Both the position numbers and the translations under genes were made by a program. 64,000 nt of DNA from Anaerolineae bacterium (GTDB taxonomy: Bacteria > Chloroflexota > Anaerolineae > Aggregatilineales > J027): NCBI GenBank assembly GCA_034437655.1, contig DAOTTU010000046.1:55115-119114 (forward strand), read 5' to 3'. Shown piece by piece: positions 9,652 to 19,548 of this stretch. Each line of letters begins with the position of its first letter. Within the stretch, counting starts at the first letter, position 1. Under the pieces are notes generated by a model, which saw only the letters and a program-made list of their open reading frames with translations, did not search any database and was not told where the DNA came from.

Positions 9652-10758
9652 ATGGACAAAAATGCACTCAAGCAGCACTTAAAAGAACTCAGTGAGGGCT
9701 TTGGCCCTTCAGGCTATGAAGATGAGGTGCGCGCTTACGTCAGGACAGTGTGGGAACCCCTCGTGGATACGTTCATGGTGGACAAGCTAGGAACCCTCGT
9801 CGGGGTAAAGTATGGGTCTGCACCAGAACCACGCCCACGACTGGTCTTGAGTGCCCACATGGACGAAATTGCGTTTATGGTATGCGAAATTAAAAATGGT
9901 TACCTGCGCGTAACGAAGGTTGGTGGGTCAGACGCCCGCATCACGTTGGCCAAACCTGTCGACGTCCATACCCGTAACGGACGCTTAAAAGGGGTGTTTG
10001 CAGTTCCGCCGCCACACATCACAAAAACCACAGGCGGCACTGATGAATACACAAAATTGGACGACCAGTGGATTGATCTCGGCAGGACAGCGGAAGATGT
10101 CGCCGAACAGGTGCGGATTGGAGATTTGGTGACCATTGATGCGCCGCTGCTGGAATTGCTTGGCGATGATACGGTCGCGGGCAAGGCAATGGATAACCGC
10201 GCCTCAGTGGCGATTGTGACAGCCGCGCTGCACTATCTGCAAGGACGCGACCATGCGTGGGATGTCTATGCACTGTCGTCTATTCAGGAAGAAGTGCCGC
10301 CTTTTTTCGGGGTAATGACCGCCTACTACGACATTGACCCCCATCTGGGTATTGCGCTGGACTGTGGCTTTGCAGAGCAACCGGGCCTCAGCGGTGATGT
10401 CTTCTACAAGATCACTGAAGGCCCGCAAATTGGCGTGGGGCCAAACTTTCACGACGGGTTGCTCAAAGACCTGCGCGACATAGCCAAATCGCTGGAATAT
10501 GAAATGCCGCTAGAACCCACCCCCGGCCGCAGCGGTACAGAAGCATGGGCCTTGCAAGTCAGTCGTTCTGGTGTGCCAACCGCGCTGGTCGGTGTGCCGA
10601 TTCGTAATATGCATACCACCGTTGAAACCGTCAGCCTCAAGAGTATCCTACGGACCGGGCGGGTATTGGCTGAATTTATCACCGGGCTGGCTCCTGACTA
10701 CCTCGATTCATTGGTGGTGCCACTTGAGGACGAAGCAACAGAGGAAGAATCTGCATGA
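9652..10758 (+). CDS. M42 family (TET-like) aminopeptidase, paralogue 1
   Basis: GPSGYE, AHMDE, KAMDNR, QEE, ALD, NMHT metal and catalytic motifs. Confidence 0.9.
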   Translation: MDKNALKQHLKELSEGFGPSGYEDEVRAYVRTVWEPLVDTFMVDKLGTLVGVKYGSAPEPRPRLVLSAHMDEIAFMVCEIKNGYLRVTKVGGSDARITLAKPVDVHTRNGRLKGVFAVPPPHITKTTGGTDEYTKLDDQWIDLGRTAEDVAEQVRIGDLVTIDAPLLELLGDDTVAGKAMDNRASVAIVTAALHYLQGRDHAWDVYALSSIQEEVPPFFGVMTAYYDIDPHLGIALDCGFAEQPGLSGDVFYKITEGPQIGVGPNFHDGLLKDLRDIAKSLEYEMPLEPTPGRSGTEAWALQVSRSGVPTALVGVPIRNMHTTVETVSLKSILRTGRVLAEFITGLAPDYLDSLVVPLEDEATEEESA

Positions 10759-11804
10759 AGCTGCACGAAACGCATTTAAAACCCCTGGCGGATGCTGTCG
10801 GGGTGTCTGGACGCGAAGATGAAGTCCGCAACCTGATTTATGCTGCCATCAAAGATCATGTCGAAGACGCCCGCGTTGATGCGATGGGAAATCTGTTGGC
10901 TGTCAAAAAAGGCACCGGTGAGTCTGACCTGCGGGTGCTTGTCGCGGCACACATGGACGAGGTCGGCTTTATGGTGACAGGGTTCGACAGCAGTGGGATG
11001 TTAGAAGTCCGTGCTGTGGGTGGTGTTGACCACCGTATTTTACCCGCGTTGCGTGTGCAGGTCGGTGACGATAAACTACCGGGCTTTTTTACATGGAAGC
11101 CGATCCATATGAACCGGGGCAATAGCGTTCAGAAAATCGACACGCTGAAGGTGGACATTGGCGCGACGAGCAAAAGTGCTGCGCAGGGCAAAGCCACACT
11201 CGGGGACCGTGTTGCGTTTCTCAGTGAAACCGTCGAGCTAACCGATACGGTGATTCGTGGCAAAGCCTTTGATGATCGTACGGGTTGCGCAGAACTGATC
11301 GAGCTGATTAAAGGAGAACCGTTCCCCTTCGACTTGCTGGTGGCCTTCACTGTGCAAGAAGAAGTCGGGTTGCGTGGGGCATCGGTGCTGGGTGAAGCGC
11401 TCAAGCCAGACGCCGCTGTTATTCTGGAATGTACCGCTTGCCATGAAGTGCCACAGCCTGAAGATGAACCTGACATGACAACCGTCACCAGGATGGGCCA
11501 CGGCCCCGTGCTGAGCGTGATGGATGCACGCACGATTGCGCACCCCGGCCTGCGTGACCATTTTATTGACACAGCCGAACGCAACGACATCCCCTACCAA
11601 TTCCGTTCACCGCAATATGCTGGCGGTACAGACGCCGGGAGTATTCATATGTCGGTGGGGGGGGTGCCTTCAATTTCTGTATCGGTGCCGGGGCGTTACT
11701 TGCATACCCCGAATATTGTGATGAGCATGGATGATTTTAGTAATGTAGTGGCCCTGGTTCGGCAAGCGTTGCTGACCCTTGCGCCTGCCAACCTGGAGAG
11801 ATAG
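10755..11804 (+). CDS. M42 family aminopeptidase, paralogue 2
   Basis: GVSGRE, AHMDE, KAFDDR, QEE, ILE, GGTDAG, YLHT. ATGA overlap with paralogue 1. Confidence 0.9.
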   Translation: MKLHETHLKPLADAVGVSGREDEVRNLIYAAIKDHVEDARVDAMGNLLAVKKGTGESDLRVLVAAHMDEVGFMVTGFDSSGMLEVRAVGGVDHRILPALRVQVGDDKLPGFFTWKPIHMNRGNSVQKIDTLKVDIGATSKSAAQGKATLGDRVAFLSETVELTDTVIRGKAFDDRTGCAELIELIKGEPFPFDLLVAFTVQEEVGLRGASVLGEALKPDAAVILECTACHEVPQPEDEPDMTTVTRMGHGPVLSVMDARTIAHPGLRDHFIDTAERNDIPYQFRSPQYAGGTDAGSIHMSVGGVPSISVSVPGRYLHTPNIVMSMDDFSNVVALVRQALLTLAPANLER

Positions 11805-11806
11805 CA

Positions 11807-12847
11807 GTGGAAGCGTTAATTCAAAAATTAGTTGAAGCCTGGGGCCCCTCCGGCTATGAACACCATGTCCGCGCCTTGATCGAAGACGAAGTCCGCGAGT
11901 TGTGCGACGACATCGTTGTTGACAACATGGGCAATCTGGTTTGTCGCGTTGGTGAAAAGACCGAGGACAATGTACGCTTGATGATCGCAGCGCATATGGA
12001 CGAAATCGGCTTGATGGTCAGCCATGTTGACCGCAACGGATTTTTGCGTTTTGCGCAGATTGGTGGCTTGATGCGTACTTCCCTGATGGGCAACCGTGTC
12101 AAATTCGAAGACGGTACCATCGGCACCATTAGCGTGCATGATCAGTGGGGGCGCGACGGTAAAGTTCCTAAGCTGGATGAATATTATATTGATGTCAGCC
12201 TGGACGCTGATGGCGATGGCAAACAGGTTGGCAACATCAAGGTCGGTGACCCGGCGATCATGTGGGAAACGTTCTCCCGGCGGGATAATCGTCTGATTTC
12301 CAAGAGTATGGATGATCGTATCGGTTGCGTGGTTGCAATTGAAACCATGCGCAAGCTCAAAGAGACAGGTACCCCCAATGAGGTGGTATTTGTATTCACG
12401 GTGCAAGAAGAAGTTGGCATTCGGGGGGCGCGTACCTCGGCCTACAACGTGGCCCCAGACGTTGCGATTGCACTTGATGTGACGTCTGCCAGTGATGTTC
12501 CCACTCGCCCCGGAACCGGGATGTCTAGCTCCGTGAATTTGGGGAGCGGCGCGGCCATCAAAATTAAAGATAGCGGACATCTTGTGCCCCCGCTGATCCG
12601 TGATTTGATGGTTGAAACCGCCGAAGCTGAAGATATCCCCTACCAGCTTGAGATTCTGGTTGGCGGCAGCACCGACGGCGCAGCGATCCTTGTATCGCGG
12701 GCAGGGGTTCCCACCGGAACCATCTCGATTCCGTGCCGCTACGTCCATTCGACGAGCGAGACAGTCGATATTCGTGATGTGCAAGCCTGTATTGATCTCA
12801 CAACCGCTATTGCTGCCCAGAAAATTGACAATTACTTGCCGCAATAG
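11807..12847 (+). CDS. M42 family aminopeptidase, paralogue 3
   Basis: GPSGYE, AHMDE, KSMDDR, QEE, ALD, GGSTDG, YVHS. GTG start with a GGAG SD. Confidence 0.9.
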   Translation: MEALIQKLVEAWGPSGYEHHVRALIEDEVRELCDDIVVDNMGNLVCRVGEKTEDNVRLMIAAHMDEIGLMVSHVDRNGFLRFAQIGGLMRTSLMGNRVKFEDGTIGTISVHDQWGRDGKVPKLDEYYIDVSLDADGDGKQVGNIKVGDPAIMWETFSRRDNRLISKSMDDRIGCVVAIETMRKLKETGTPNEVVFVFTVQEEVGIRGARTSAYNVAPDVAIALDVTSASDVPTRPGTGMSSSVNLGSGAAIKIKDSGHLVPPLIRDLMVETAEAEDIPYQLEILVGGSTDGAAILVSRAGVPTGTISIPCRYVHSTSETVDIRDVQACIDLTTAIAAQKIDNYLPQ

Positions 12848-12874
12848 CCTTTTTCAGGCAATTGCATTTCTACA

Positions 12875-12909
12875 AGTTAGCAAGCCAGTGCGGTTTGCTA
12901 GCTTTTTTT
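12875..12909 (+). terminator. Intrinsic terminator after the M42 operon
   Basis: AGTTAGCAAGCC-(AGTGC)-GGTTTGCTAGCT stem followed by a T run. Confidence 0.8.
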
Positions 12910-12944
12910 CATGTTGAATTTGTAGTGAAAGGACATAATAGCGC

Positions 12945-13616
12945 GTGGATATTTACCTTATCCGGCATGGACAGAGCTATGTGAATTTGCCGAACTATAA
13001 TCATTATGACTGGGATCAACCGCTGACAGAACTTGGTGAATTGCAGGCCGTCGCCGCTGCTCAATGGATTGCGGAGAATATCGAGGCCAGTATGTTGTTC
13101 TCCAGTACCTTGATGCGTACCCAACAGACGGCCGAAGCGATCAGTGCGACAACACGCCTGACGATTGAATTTGACCATCGTATTCGTGAGATTGGCTGTA
13201 ATGCGCCAGACGGTTCACCGCTGAAACCCACCGAGGAAACCCGTTATATTGAAGGCGTCTGGGGGTCTTTGCAGCCTTACGACCCGGTTACAGGGGGTGG
13301 GGAAAATTGGATGCAATTCCGGGCGCGGGTCGGGGCCTTTATTGAAAGCCTGCTACGCCGCTTTGATAACCATACCACCCGATCACGGAAGAAACGCATT
13401 GCGCAAACAGCCATCGTTGCCTGTCATGGCGGGGTAATTGAGACCTTTTTTGAATATGTCTTCGAAAAAGGCCCCTGGAGTGTGGCGTCGGTTATGACTG
13501 AAAATACGGGCATTACGCACCTGCAATACCGACCCGTGCCGCATCGACCTGAGTGGCTTTTGCATTACCATAATCGTACCGAACATCTGACGCCGGACTT
13601 GTTTAGCCACCGCTGA
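12945..13616 (+). CDS. Histidine phosphatase (phosphoglycerate mutase-like) family protein
   Basis: LIRHGQS, LTELG..QA, SSTLMRTQQTA, RIREI, ACHGG motifs. Confidence 0.88.
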   Translation: MDIYLIRHGQSYVNLPNYNHYDWDQPLTELGELQAVAAAQWIAENIEASMLFSSTLMRTQQTAEAISATTRLTIEFDHRIREIGCNAPDGSPLKPTEETRYIEGVWGSLQPYDPVTGGGENWMQFRARVGAFIESLLRRFDNHTTRSRKKRIAQTAIVACHGGVIETFFEYVFEKGPWSVASVMTENTGITHLQYRPVPHRPEWLLHYHNRTEHLTPDLFSHR

Positions 13617-13991
13617 TCATTCCAGCCAGACTTCGACCCGCTCACCACTGTCGGTGTCTTCAACTTCGACCAGTTTGCCGACAGCACCACTATCAATGGC
13701 TGTCTTGAGTTCGTCAATATCAATGTCTGCATCTGAGGGGATGAAGCGAGCGCCCATCTTTAGACCGATATTGACGACCCCTACCGGGATATTGACGTTG
13801 ACCTTGTTGCGGCCTGACGTGGTATCGGTAATGCGGACCCGAAGCTGGCGTGGTTGGCGGCTGGGGGCAGTGCCGGTAGTGCGTGAACCTGACTTGCCGA
13901 GCGCACTCAGTAGCCGATTCGCCTCCTCTGCATTTATCTTGCCATCCTGCAACATAGCCAGGATACGAAGCCTTTCTTCTGATGTTGCCAT
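13617..13991 (-). CDS. Small protein with an N-terminal SHOCT-like helical hairpin (YvlB/DUF2089-associated type)
   Basis: N-terminus EERLRILAMLQDGKINAEEANRLLSAL, then a beta-rich C-terminal domain (LRVRITD..KVNVNIP). Strong SD AAGGAG. Confidence 0.8.
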   Translation of the reverse strand: MATSEERLRILAMLQDGKINAEEANRLLSALGKSGSRTTGTAPSRQPRQLRVRITDTTSGRNKVNVNIPVGVVNIGLKMGARFIPSDADIDIDELKTAIDSGAVGKLVEVEDTDSGERVEVWLE

Positions 13992-14071
13992 AGAGTGTTC
14001 CTCCTTTTAGTGGTTGTGTTTGCGCTCACAGAGTGGGCTTTGTGAGCAATTCAAATCGAAAAGTTGTGTAA

Positions 14072-16873
14072 CTAATCCGGCTGGACGGTGATTTCAGCGA
14101 GTATCCAAAAATCCTTTGTGTGATCCACAATGGCAAGCCGTTGGCCTGTGCTTTGGAGATAGAGCCCCACCCGTATTGGGTAGGTGCCGGGCGGCGCTGT
14201 GCTGGGCAGATTCAGCGTGTACGTGTCTTCGACAACTTCGCCGGGTATCCAGAGCGGTACCGGGTAGGTGTTCTGCCGCGGTTGCACATCGCGTTGGGCT
14301 TGATTTACGCCGTTGGGGTCTGCCAGATGCACAAAGACGGTCAACGGCAAATCAGTCGGTGCAATTGATTGCCAGTGCAGCGTGACGTCAAGTGGTTCGC
14401 CGGGTGCCAGTGTCGTTGTTGAGAGCGTATACCCCGCTAGCCTGACCGTATCACCGAAATTCACGTCCAGCGATGTGATATTGGCGGGAAGGTCAAAGGT
14501 GCGTCTCAGGTCGGCTACCCTCAATTGACCAAGCGCAACAGCATCCGCCCCCACTTCAACAGAAAGCGTATAGTCTCCCGCCGACAGTTGTGTTGGGAGC
14601 CGCCACCGATGCCGATCAATCAGCGTTTCGTTGGTTTGCCATGCGCTGAAGGGATAGCTGCCTTGCACGGGCGGCCCGTCGTATAGCACAGTCATGTCAT
14701 CAGCGGCACTGCGCAGCACCAGACGTAGTTCATCAGTAGTGGGCGGTGTGTTCAGGCGTTGCCAGTACAGGTCGAGCGGCAGAACTTCCCCGGGGCGCAT
14801 TGTCTCAGGCAGCACACTATACCCTGACAAACGCACCCCTGTGAAGTCATGTGCAGCTTGCACAGGAATATCCAGTGCGGCCGGTGACACTGGTTCCGCA
14901 GGGCGTTCAACGCGCACAGTAGCAACATCCGTCCACAGCCCGGCAAAACTACCGTTCTGGTCAACGCGCCCAACATATTGATCACTCAACCGCCCAACCC
15001 ATGCTACCCGTACACGATAATCATCCCCCGGTGCTGTCCCCGGCGGAATCTCGAAGCGTACTACTTCAATCAGCCTTTCACCCGACCGCCAGCGTGTTGT
15101 ACGTTGCATGAAGGGCTCGACACGATCCAGCACGTCACCTTGCGGTGTTTCGAGTTGAAACAACGGTGTAAAGTCGTCGTAGGGTGGTGCTTGCAAGATT
15201 TCCCATGCGCTGGTGACGGTTAGCGTGCCCCCGGCTGGTGCAACAGTCGTTTGTGCCTCGACCAGTCGCAACACACCACCGACACTTTCCCCGGTACGAT
15301 TCTGTGTCTGGGTGCGCGTGGTTGGGGTGAACTGATAAACACCGAACGCAAATTGTCCATCGTGGTTGTCGTGGGACTGCGCTGTATCGAATGTGTCGAG
15401 AAAGGGGCGCAGTGCTGAACTCAGGGGTGTGTTCGCTGTTTCAACAAAGTAGGCCGGGCGTGTCGGTGGCGGCAAAAAGAGCCGTTCCCCGAGCAAGTAG
15501 GTGATGTTGTCGCCGGGAATGTCATGCATTTGCAGCGTGGGGTGGTCATAGTGCTGGCTGGTAACGTACACGAGCGCATCCGGTTGCATATTGTCTTCTA
15601 GCCATGCGCCCGCAGCGACCATATCCCCGTCGTTGAGGTAGTACAGGTCCGGGGTGTTGACCCAGGTATCGTACCGCCCCCACACCCACACACTGAGTCC
15701 GATGAAAAGCGCAGCCATGAATCCGCTGGCAATTTGTGACCGAGCAAAAAACGGCACCTTATGGCGGTAGGTTGCTTGAAACAACCCTTCAGCCCCCAAC
15801 GCAGGCAGAAAGAAGACCAACGGCACCATCGCAATCGAGCGCATGTGGCTGGGCGGTAAACCGTCGAGCGCGAGTATACTTGGCAGCACCATCAACGGTG
15901 ATAGTAAAGCCAACAGATAGGCGCTCCGTTGTACAGGCGGCGTGTTGTGCTTGAAAAGACGTATTGTTGCCACAATCAACCCGATCAACAGTAGGCTGCC
16001 GCCAACAGCCGAAAAATAGGGTGCAAGCGGCTCATTGTAGCGAATGAACGGGTCACCTTCGATGAAGAACATGCGCAGGTGTAGCTCAACGCTCTCGGCA
16101 TAGGTGATAGAATCTGTGTTGCCGCTCAGTTGGTTCAGGCGGTCGTTGAACACGTCAGGATTATCAAGGTAGTAGCGCGTAATGGGAGCTGCTGCTAGCA
16201 GAAAAAACGCGCTGAATACCAGCATTTGCCGTAAGCGTTGCACCCACTGTCCCCGCTCAATATAGAGCAGCATCAACAGGGTGATGCCAACCCATACCGG
16301 GAATAATCGCGAAGCCATGTAGGTATAGAGTACCGTCCCGCTGAGTAGCCCTGCTAATGGAAGCCACCACGACACCCCCCGTCGTTGCAAGCCACGAAAC
16401 AACGCCCACAATGCAAGCGCTTGAAGCAATGGCAAACTCACCGCTCGGAAAGCCTGCCGGGCGATGAATATCTGTGGGAAAGAGACGGCCATAAACCCGG
16501 CGGCCAGCACGCCCAACATCCAACCCCGTTGCCCGCCGAACATCGCACGCCCCAGACCGATCGTTGTTGCCACGGTGAGCAGGTTCATCAAACCGCTGAC
16601 AACATGCATGGTGAAGATATGTTCACCGATCCCGCGCATGAATACAGCCGCGCTGTAGAAATAGAAGACCTCGCGCCCGTTAAAGGCTGCAAAGACTGGA
16701 AACGGTCGTGCGCCCTGAAACGCGATCTCACGCGCCACGATGAAATTAACTGCCTCGTCATAATGAAAGCCGGGTGGCGCACTACCTAACTGGTAGAAAC
16801 GCAGCACAGCCGCAACCAGCAACACCAGTAAGGTGCTTAGCAGCAGAAGGCGATTTGTAGCGCGGACCGTCAT
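14072..16873 (-). CDS. GT39/ArnT-PMT-like membrane glycosyltransferase with three C-terminal beta-sandwich repeats
   Basis: LRFYQL..PPGFHYDEA motif, about 12 TM helices, then three repeats of the type VRLxGY..PGE.L.V.L.W...YP...W..GE...D. ATG 16873 chosen; TTG 16891 is an alternative start. Confidence 0.82.
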   Translation of the reverse strand: MTVRATNRLLLLSTLLVLLVAAVLRFYQLGSAPPGFHYDEAVNFIVAREIAFQGARPFPVFAAFNGREVFYFYSAAVFMRGIGEHIFTMHVVSGLMNLLTVATTIGLGRAMFGGQRGWMLGVLAAGFMAVSFPQIFIARQAFRAVSLPLLQALALWALFRGLQRRGVSWWLPLAGLLSGTVLYTYMASRLFPVWVGITLLMLLYIERGQWVQRLRQMLVFSAFFLLAAAPITRYYLDNPDVFNDRLNQLSGNTDSITYAESVELHLRMFFIEGDPFIRYNEPLAPYFSAVGGSLLLIGLIVATIRLFKHNTPPVQRSAYLLALLSPLMVLPSILALDGLPPSHMRSIAMVPLVFFLPALGAEGLFQATYRHKVPFFARSQIASGFMAALFIGLSVWVWGRYDTWVNTPDLYYLNDGDMVAAGAWLEDNMQPDALVYVTSQHYDHPTLQMHDIPGDNITYLLGERLFLPPPTRPAYFVETANTPLSSALRPFLDTFDTAQSHDNHDGQFAFGVYQFTPTTRTQTQNRTGESVGGVLRLVEAQTTVAPAGGTLTVTSAWEILQAPPYDDFTPLFQLETPQGDVLDRVEPFMQRTTRWRSGERLIEVVRFEIPPGTAPGDDYRVRVAWVGRLSDQYVGRVDQNGSFAGLWTDVATVRVERPAEPVSPAALDIPVQAAHDFTGVRLSGYSVLPETMRPGEVLPLDLYWQRLNTPPTTDELRLVLRSAADDMTVLYDGPPVQGSYPFSAWQTNETLIDRHRWRLPTQLSAGDYTLSVEVGADAVALGQLRVADLRRTFDLPANITSLDVNFGDTVRLAGYTLSTTTLAPGEPLDVTLHWQSIAPTDLPLTVFVHLADPNGVNQAQRDVQPRQNTYPVPLWIPGEVVEDTYTLNLPSTAPPGTYPIRVGLYLQSTGQRLAIVDHTKDFWILAEITVQPD

Positions 16874-16887
16874 TATTCCAGGTATCC

Positions 16888-17907
16888 TCAATCTACATGC
16901 CAGCGCATGTGCATCAAACGCCGCTTAATTTTGAAATCATGTTCGCGGAGGGCGGTTGCCGCGTGTGGATCGTCGGCAGGGTGTTCAAGCATCAAGCCCC
17001 GCCGATAGTCTGCAACCAGCCGCATCGCAAATCCGAGCATATCGTGTTCAAGTTGGCCCTGTGCATCAGGTTCAACCAGCAGTTCAAGCGGGCGGTAGCG
17101 CGAGCCGAATGTGTTTTGCATCGACAGCGCTGCTAGCAACTGTCTTTCTGAATCACGTGCTACCCACCATTGCCGACTTTGCAAACCGAGGGCGCTCAAC
17201 ACCGTCTCGCCGAGGGTACGCTTGAAGGTGGTAGGTGTAGTCGGTCGCAGCCACCCTAAGCCACCCGCAACGTTTGGGCGAATACGTTTTGCAAGGTCGT
17301 AAATCTGTCGCCATTCATGGCGTGAACGCATGGTGATATCGGGTGCAGCATTACGCCGCGCCGGGATAATCGCTGTATAGGTTGGGTACCACTGCCAGCG
17401 TGTAAAGACACGTTCAATCGCAAAATCTAAGTTGGTGTATAGCTTCTGGGCCCCTTCATTTTCAGCATCGACTTGTAGCAGTACGGTTTCCATGTTGCGT
17501 TGCCGTGCGGTTTCAAGCGCAGCATCCATTATTGCTCTGGCAATTCCACGACGCCGATATTCTGGATGCACGGCGACATTGGCGATCACCAGTGTCTTCG
17601 GTAAATGCACATCATAAATTGAGACATTGCCAACCAGACGCCCCGTTGGTGGGTCAATCCAGACGAACCCTTTGTTCATCGAACGCAAGCCCCGGTCCAG
17701 CGAAGCCAGGAGCCACAATAGCGGCCCTGAGCGGCTCAGCGAGCGCATTTCGCGTACAGCCGCCCGTCCAGCAGAGTCCATGTCTGCACCAAAGGAAAGC
17801 TCAATCAAGTCTGCAATGGCCCCGAGATCTTGTCGTAAACGCACCGGCCGCAGCCCGGGGTTTGCGGTTGGTGATTGTGTTGATGGAAACGTAGATGATG
17901 CTGCCAT
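16888..17907 (-). CDS. GNAT family N-acetyltransferase (tandem GNAT fold)
   Basis: Acetyl-CoA motif A NVAVHPEYRRRGIARAIM and motif B NEGAQKLY..LDF. ATG 17907 with an AGAGGG SD. Confidence 0.85.
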   Translation of the reverse strand: MAASSTFPSTQSPTANPGLRPVRLRQDLGAIADLIELSFGADMDSAGRAAVREMRSLSRSGPLLWLLASLDRGLRSMNKGFVWIDPPTGRLVGNVSIYDVHLPKTLVIANVAVHPEYRRRGIARAIMDAALETARQRNMETVLLQVDAENEGAQKLYTNLDFAIERVFTRWQWYPTYTAIIPARRNAAPDITMRSRHEWRQIYDLAKRIRPNVAGGLGWLRPTTPTTFKRTLGETVLSALGLQSRQWWVARDSERQLLAALSMQNTFGSRYRPLELLVEPDAQGQLEHDMLGFAMRLVADYRRGLMLEHPADDPHAATALREHDFKIKRRLMHMRWHVD

Positions 17908-17917
17908 AAAGCCCTCT

Positions 17918-19126
17918 TTAACTATCTTCAAGCGTTGTGAGTAGCTGTTCTGCCTCCTCGATGCTTATTTTACCATCTTGAACCATCTGCAGAATAAGCA
18001 ACCGCTCTTCCTCACGTACGGGTTCAGCAGGCTGTTGCGGTGGCTGGCGTTGCTCAAAGCGGCGCGCGCGTTCTGCATTACGTTCTGCGTTGCGTTCAGC
18101 ATGGCGTCGTGCCCGTTCGGCCGCACGGTGGGCCCGTTGTTGTGCGCGTTCGGCTCCTCTAGCAGCCCGCTGCCGGACACGTTCCATCGTAGATTCAATG
18201 TCAAGGTCTTCTACCGCTCGTGCCGAGGCACTGGCAAAGGCTTTGGCCTGTTCTTCGATCATTTTGCCCAGTGTTGCAAAGCGCTTGTTGAGTTCGCTTT
18301 CCATTTCTTTGAACTGGCTGCCAAAATCGAAATCAAAATTGACTTCGTTCGCCGGGTCGGCGGCGACTCTGAATGCCACTGTATTGGCTTCATGGATTTG
18401 TACTGTGGCCGCACCATCCCCAAACACAATGACCTGCATATCTGTGTCATCGTCTGTGTGTTGCTCGGTTACTTCTGTTGCTTTGAGTTTCAGCATAACC
18501 TCAACATCTGCCGGAATAAGAAACGTGGCGTTTGTAGCGGGCAGGATGTCAAATACAATCGAGTCATTTGCGGCGAAATTATAATCGTTTTCAGGGCTAA
18601 AGGTGATACCCACGCTCAGATCGCCACTAACATATTCAATCCCACACCCACCGCTGATATTACGCAGCAACAGGTCGCCACTAACATGAGCCACTGTGAC
18701 GTGACCATCAACGCGCGAAATCGCTGCGTCCCCACTGACTGAGGTCAGCGCGACATTACCGTCAATACCCTTGATTTCGGTATCACCCAGTAAGTTGTCG
18801 ATCACGAGCTGTCCTTCAACGCGGCGTAACGAAGAATCCCCGTGAATACTGGTAATGTCAAGACGTGCAGCCAACCCGGTGATTTTAGCATCACCATTGA
18901 CCTGCTGAATGTGAATAGGGAGCTTAGCGGGGAGTTTCATAGCGCAATCGCCCGCACAACGAATCCGCACCGGAGCCTGTGGATCGTCGGGAACCTCGAT
19001 ATCGGTATTGCTACCCCGGATGACCGCTTCTTCGCCAGCTTGCCCACGGAGTTGCATGTCGCCATCAATTTGTTCAATGATGATGCGTCGGTTCTCACCG
19101 AACTTTTCGTACAAATTCATATCCAT
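17918..19126 (-). CDS. DUF4097 (toast-rack beta-helix) protein with a charged coiled coil and a C-terminal SHOCT-like hairpin
   Basis: Repeating I-x-x-V-x-G-D beta-strand units, an R/A/E-rich helix (AERN repeats) and the C-terminus EEERLLILQMVQDGKISIEEAEQLLTTL. Confidence 0.82.
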   Translation of the reverse strand: MDMNLYEKFGENRRIIIEQIDGDMQLRGQAGEEAVIRGSNTDIEVPDDPQAPVRIRCAGDCAMKLPAKLPIHIQQVNGDAKITGLAARLDITSIHGDSSLRRVEGQLVIDNLLGDTEIKGIDGNVALTSVSGDAAISRVDGHVTVAHVSGDLLLRNISGGCGIEYVSGDLSVGITFSPENDYNFAANDSIVFDILPATNATFLIPADVEVMLKLKATEVTEQHTDDDTDMQVIVFGDGAATVQIHEANTVAFRVAADPANEVNFDFDFGSQFKEMESELNKRFATLGKMIEEQAKAFASASARAVEDLDIESTMERVRQRAARGAERAQQRAHRAAERARRHAERNAERNAERARRFEQRQPPQQPAEPVREEERLLILQMVQDGKISIEEAEQLLTTLEDS

Positions 19127-19129
19127 CCC

Positions 19130-19513
19130 TCACTTACTCAAGAGCTTAACAGCTTCGTCGGGGCTAATATCTCCAGTAGCAAGCTGTTCCAGCACCTTCA
19201 TGCGTTGTTCTTCGCGTTGTGCTGCTTCGGCTTCAGTATCGGTAATGGGTTCATAGCCCATCGCATTGATAATTTCATGCAGGCGGCTGCGGACCGTTGG
19301 GTACGAAATACCCAGTTCACGCTCAACCCGATTAATTTTGCCCTCACACCGCAAGAATACCTCGACAAATTCAATCTGTTCGTTGCTAAGCGAAGCCAGC
19401 CCGCTAATCTCGAACCGGCCTTCAATCGAGATATCACAATGTTCACATTCCAGTCGAGTGGCCACGACAGGGCCCTCACATATAGGGCAATGTGTCAAAA
19501 TAGGATGATACAT
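19130..19513 (-). CDS. DUF2089 family protein (Zn ribbon + HTH + SHOCT-like tail), putative regulator
   Basis: CPIC..CEHC Zn ribbon, LSNEQIEFVEVFL..EGKINRVERELGISYPTVRSRL HTH, tail EQRMKVLEQLATGDISPDEAVKLL. ATG 19513 with an AGGAG SD. Confidence 0.9.
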   Translation of the reverse strand: MYHPILTHCPICEGPVVATRLECEHCDISIEGRFEISGLASLSNEQIEFVEVFLRCEGKINRVERELGISYPTVRSRLHEIINAMGYEPITDTEAEAAQREEQRMKVLEQLATGDISPDEAVKLLSK

Positions 19514-19548
19514 ACGACGACTCCTGACCAAACTTGATATTTAACCAT

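Noticed and set aside
11828-12844. 338-aa antisense ORF opposite M42 paralogue 3
   Set aside because: It mirrors the sense gene codon for codon and has no recognisable motifs; a shadow ORF of a biased coding strand.
14024-14047. Inverted repeat GCTCACAG-N8-TTGTGAGC between GT39 and the small SHOCT gene (lac-operator-like half-sites)
   Set aside because: The half-sites are oriented opposite to a LacI operator and there is no U-tract on either strand. It may be an mRNA stability hairpin, but no function can be supported.
17978-18742. 254-aa plus-strand ORF overlapping the DUF4097 gene
   Set aside because: Antisense shadow with no family motifs; the minus-strand gene has clear domain structure.
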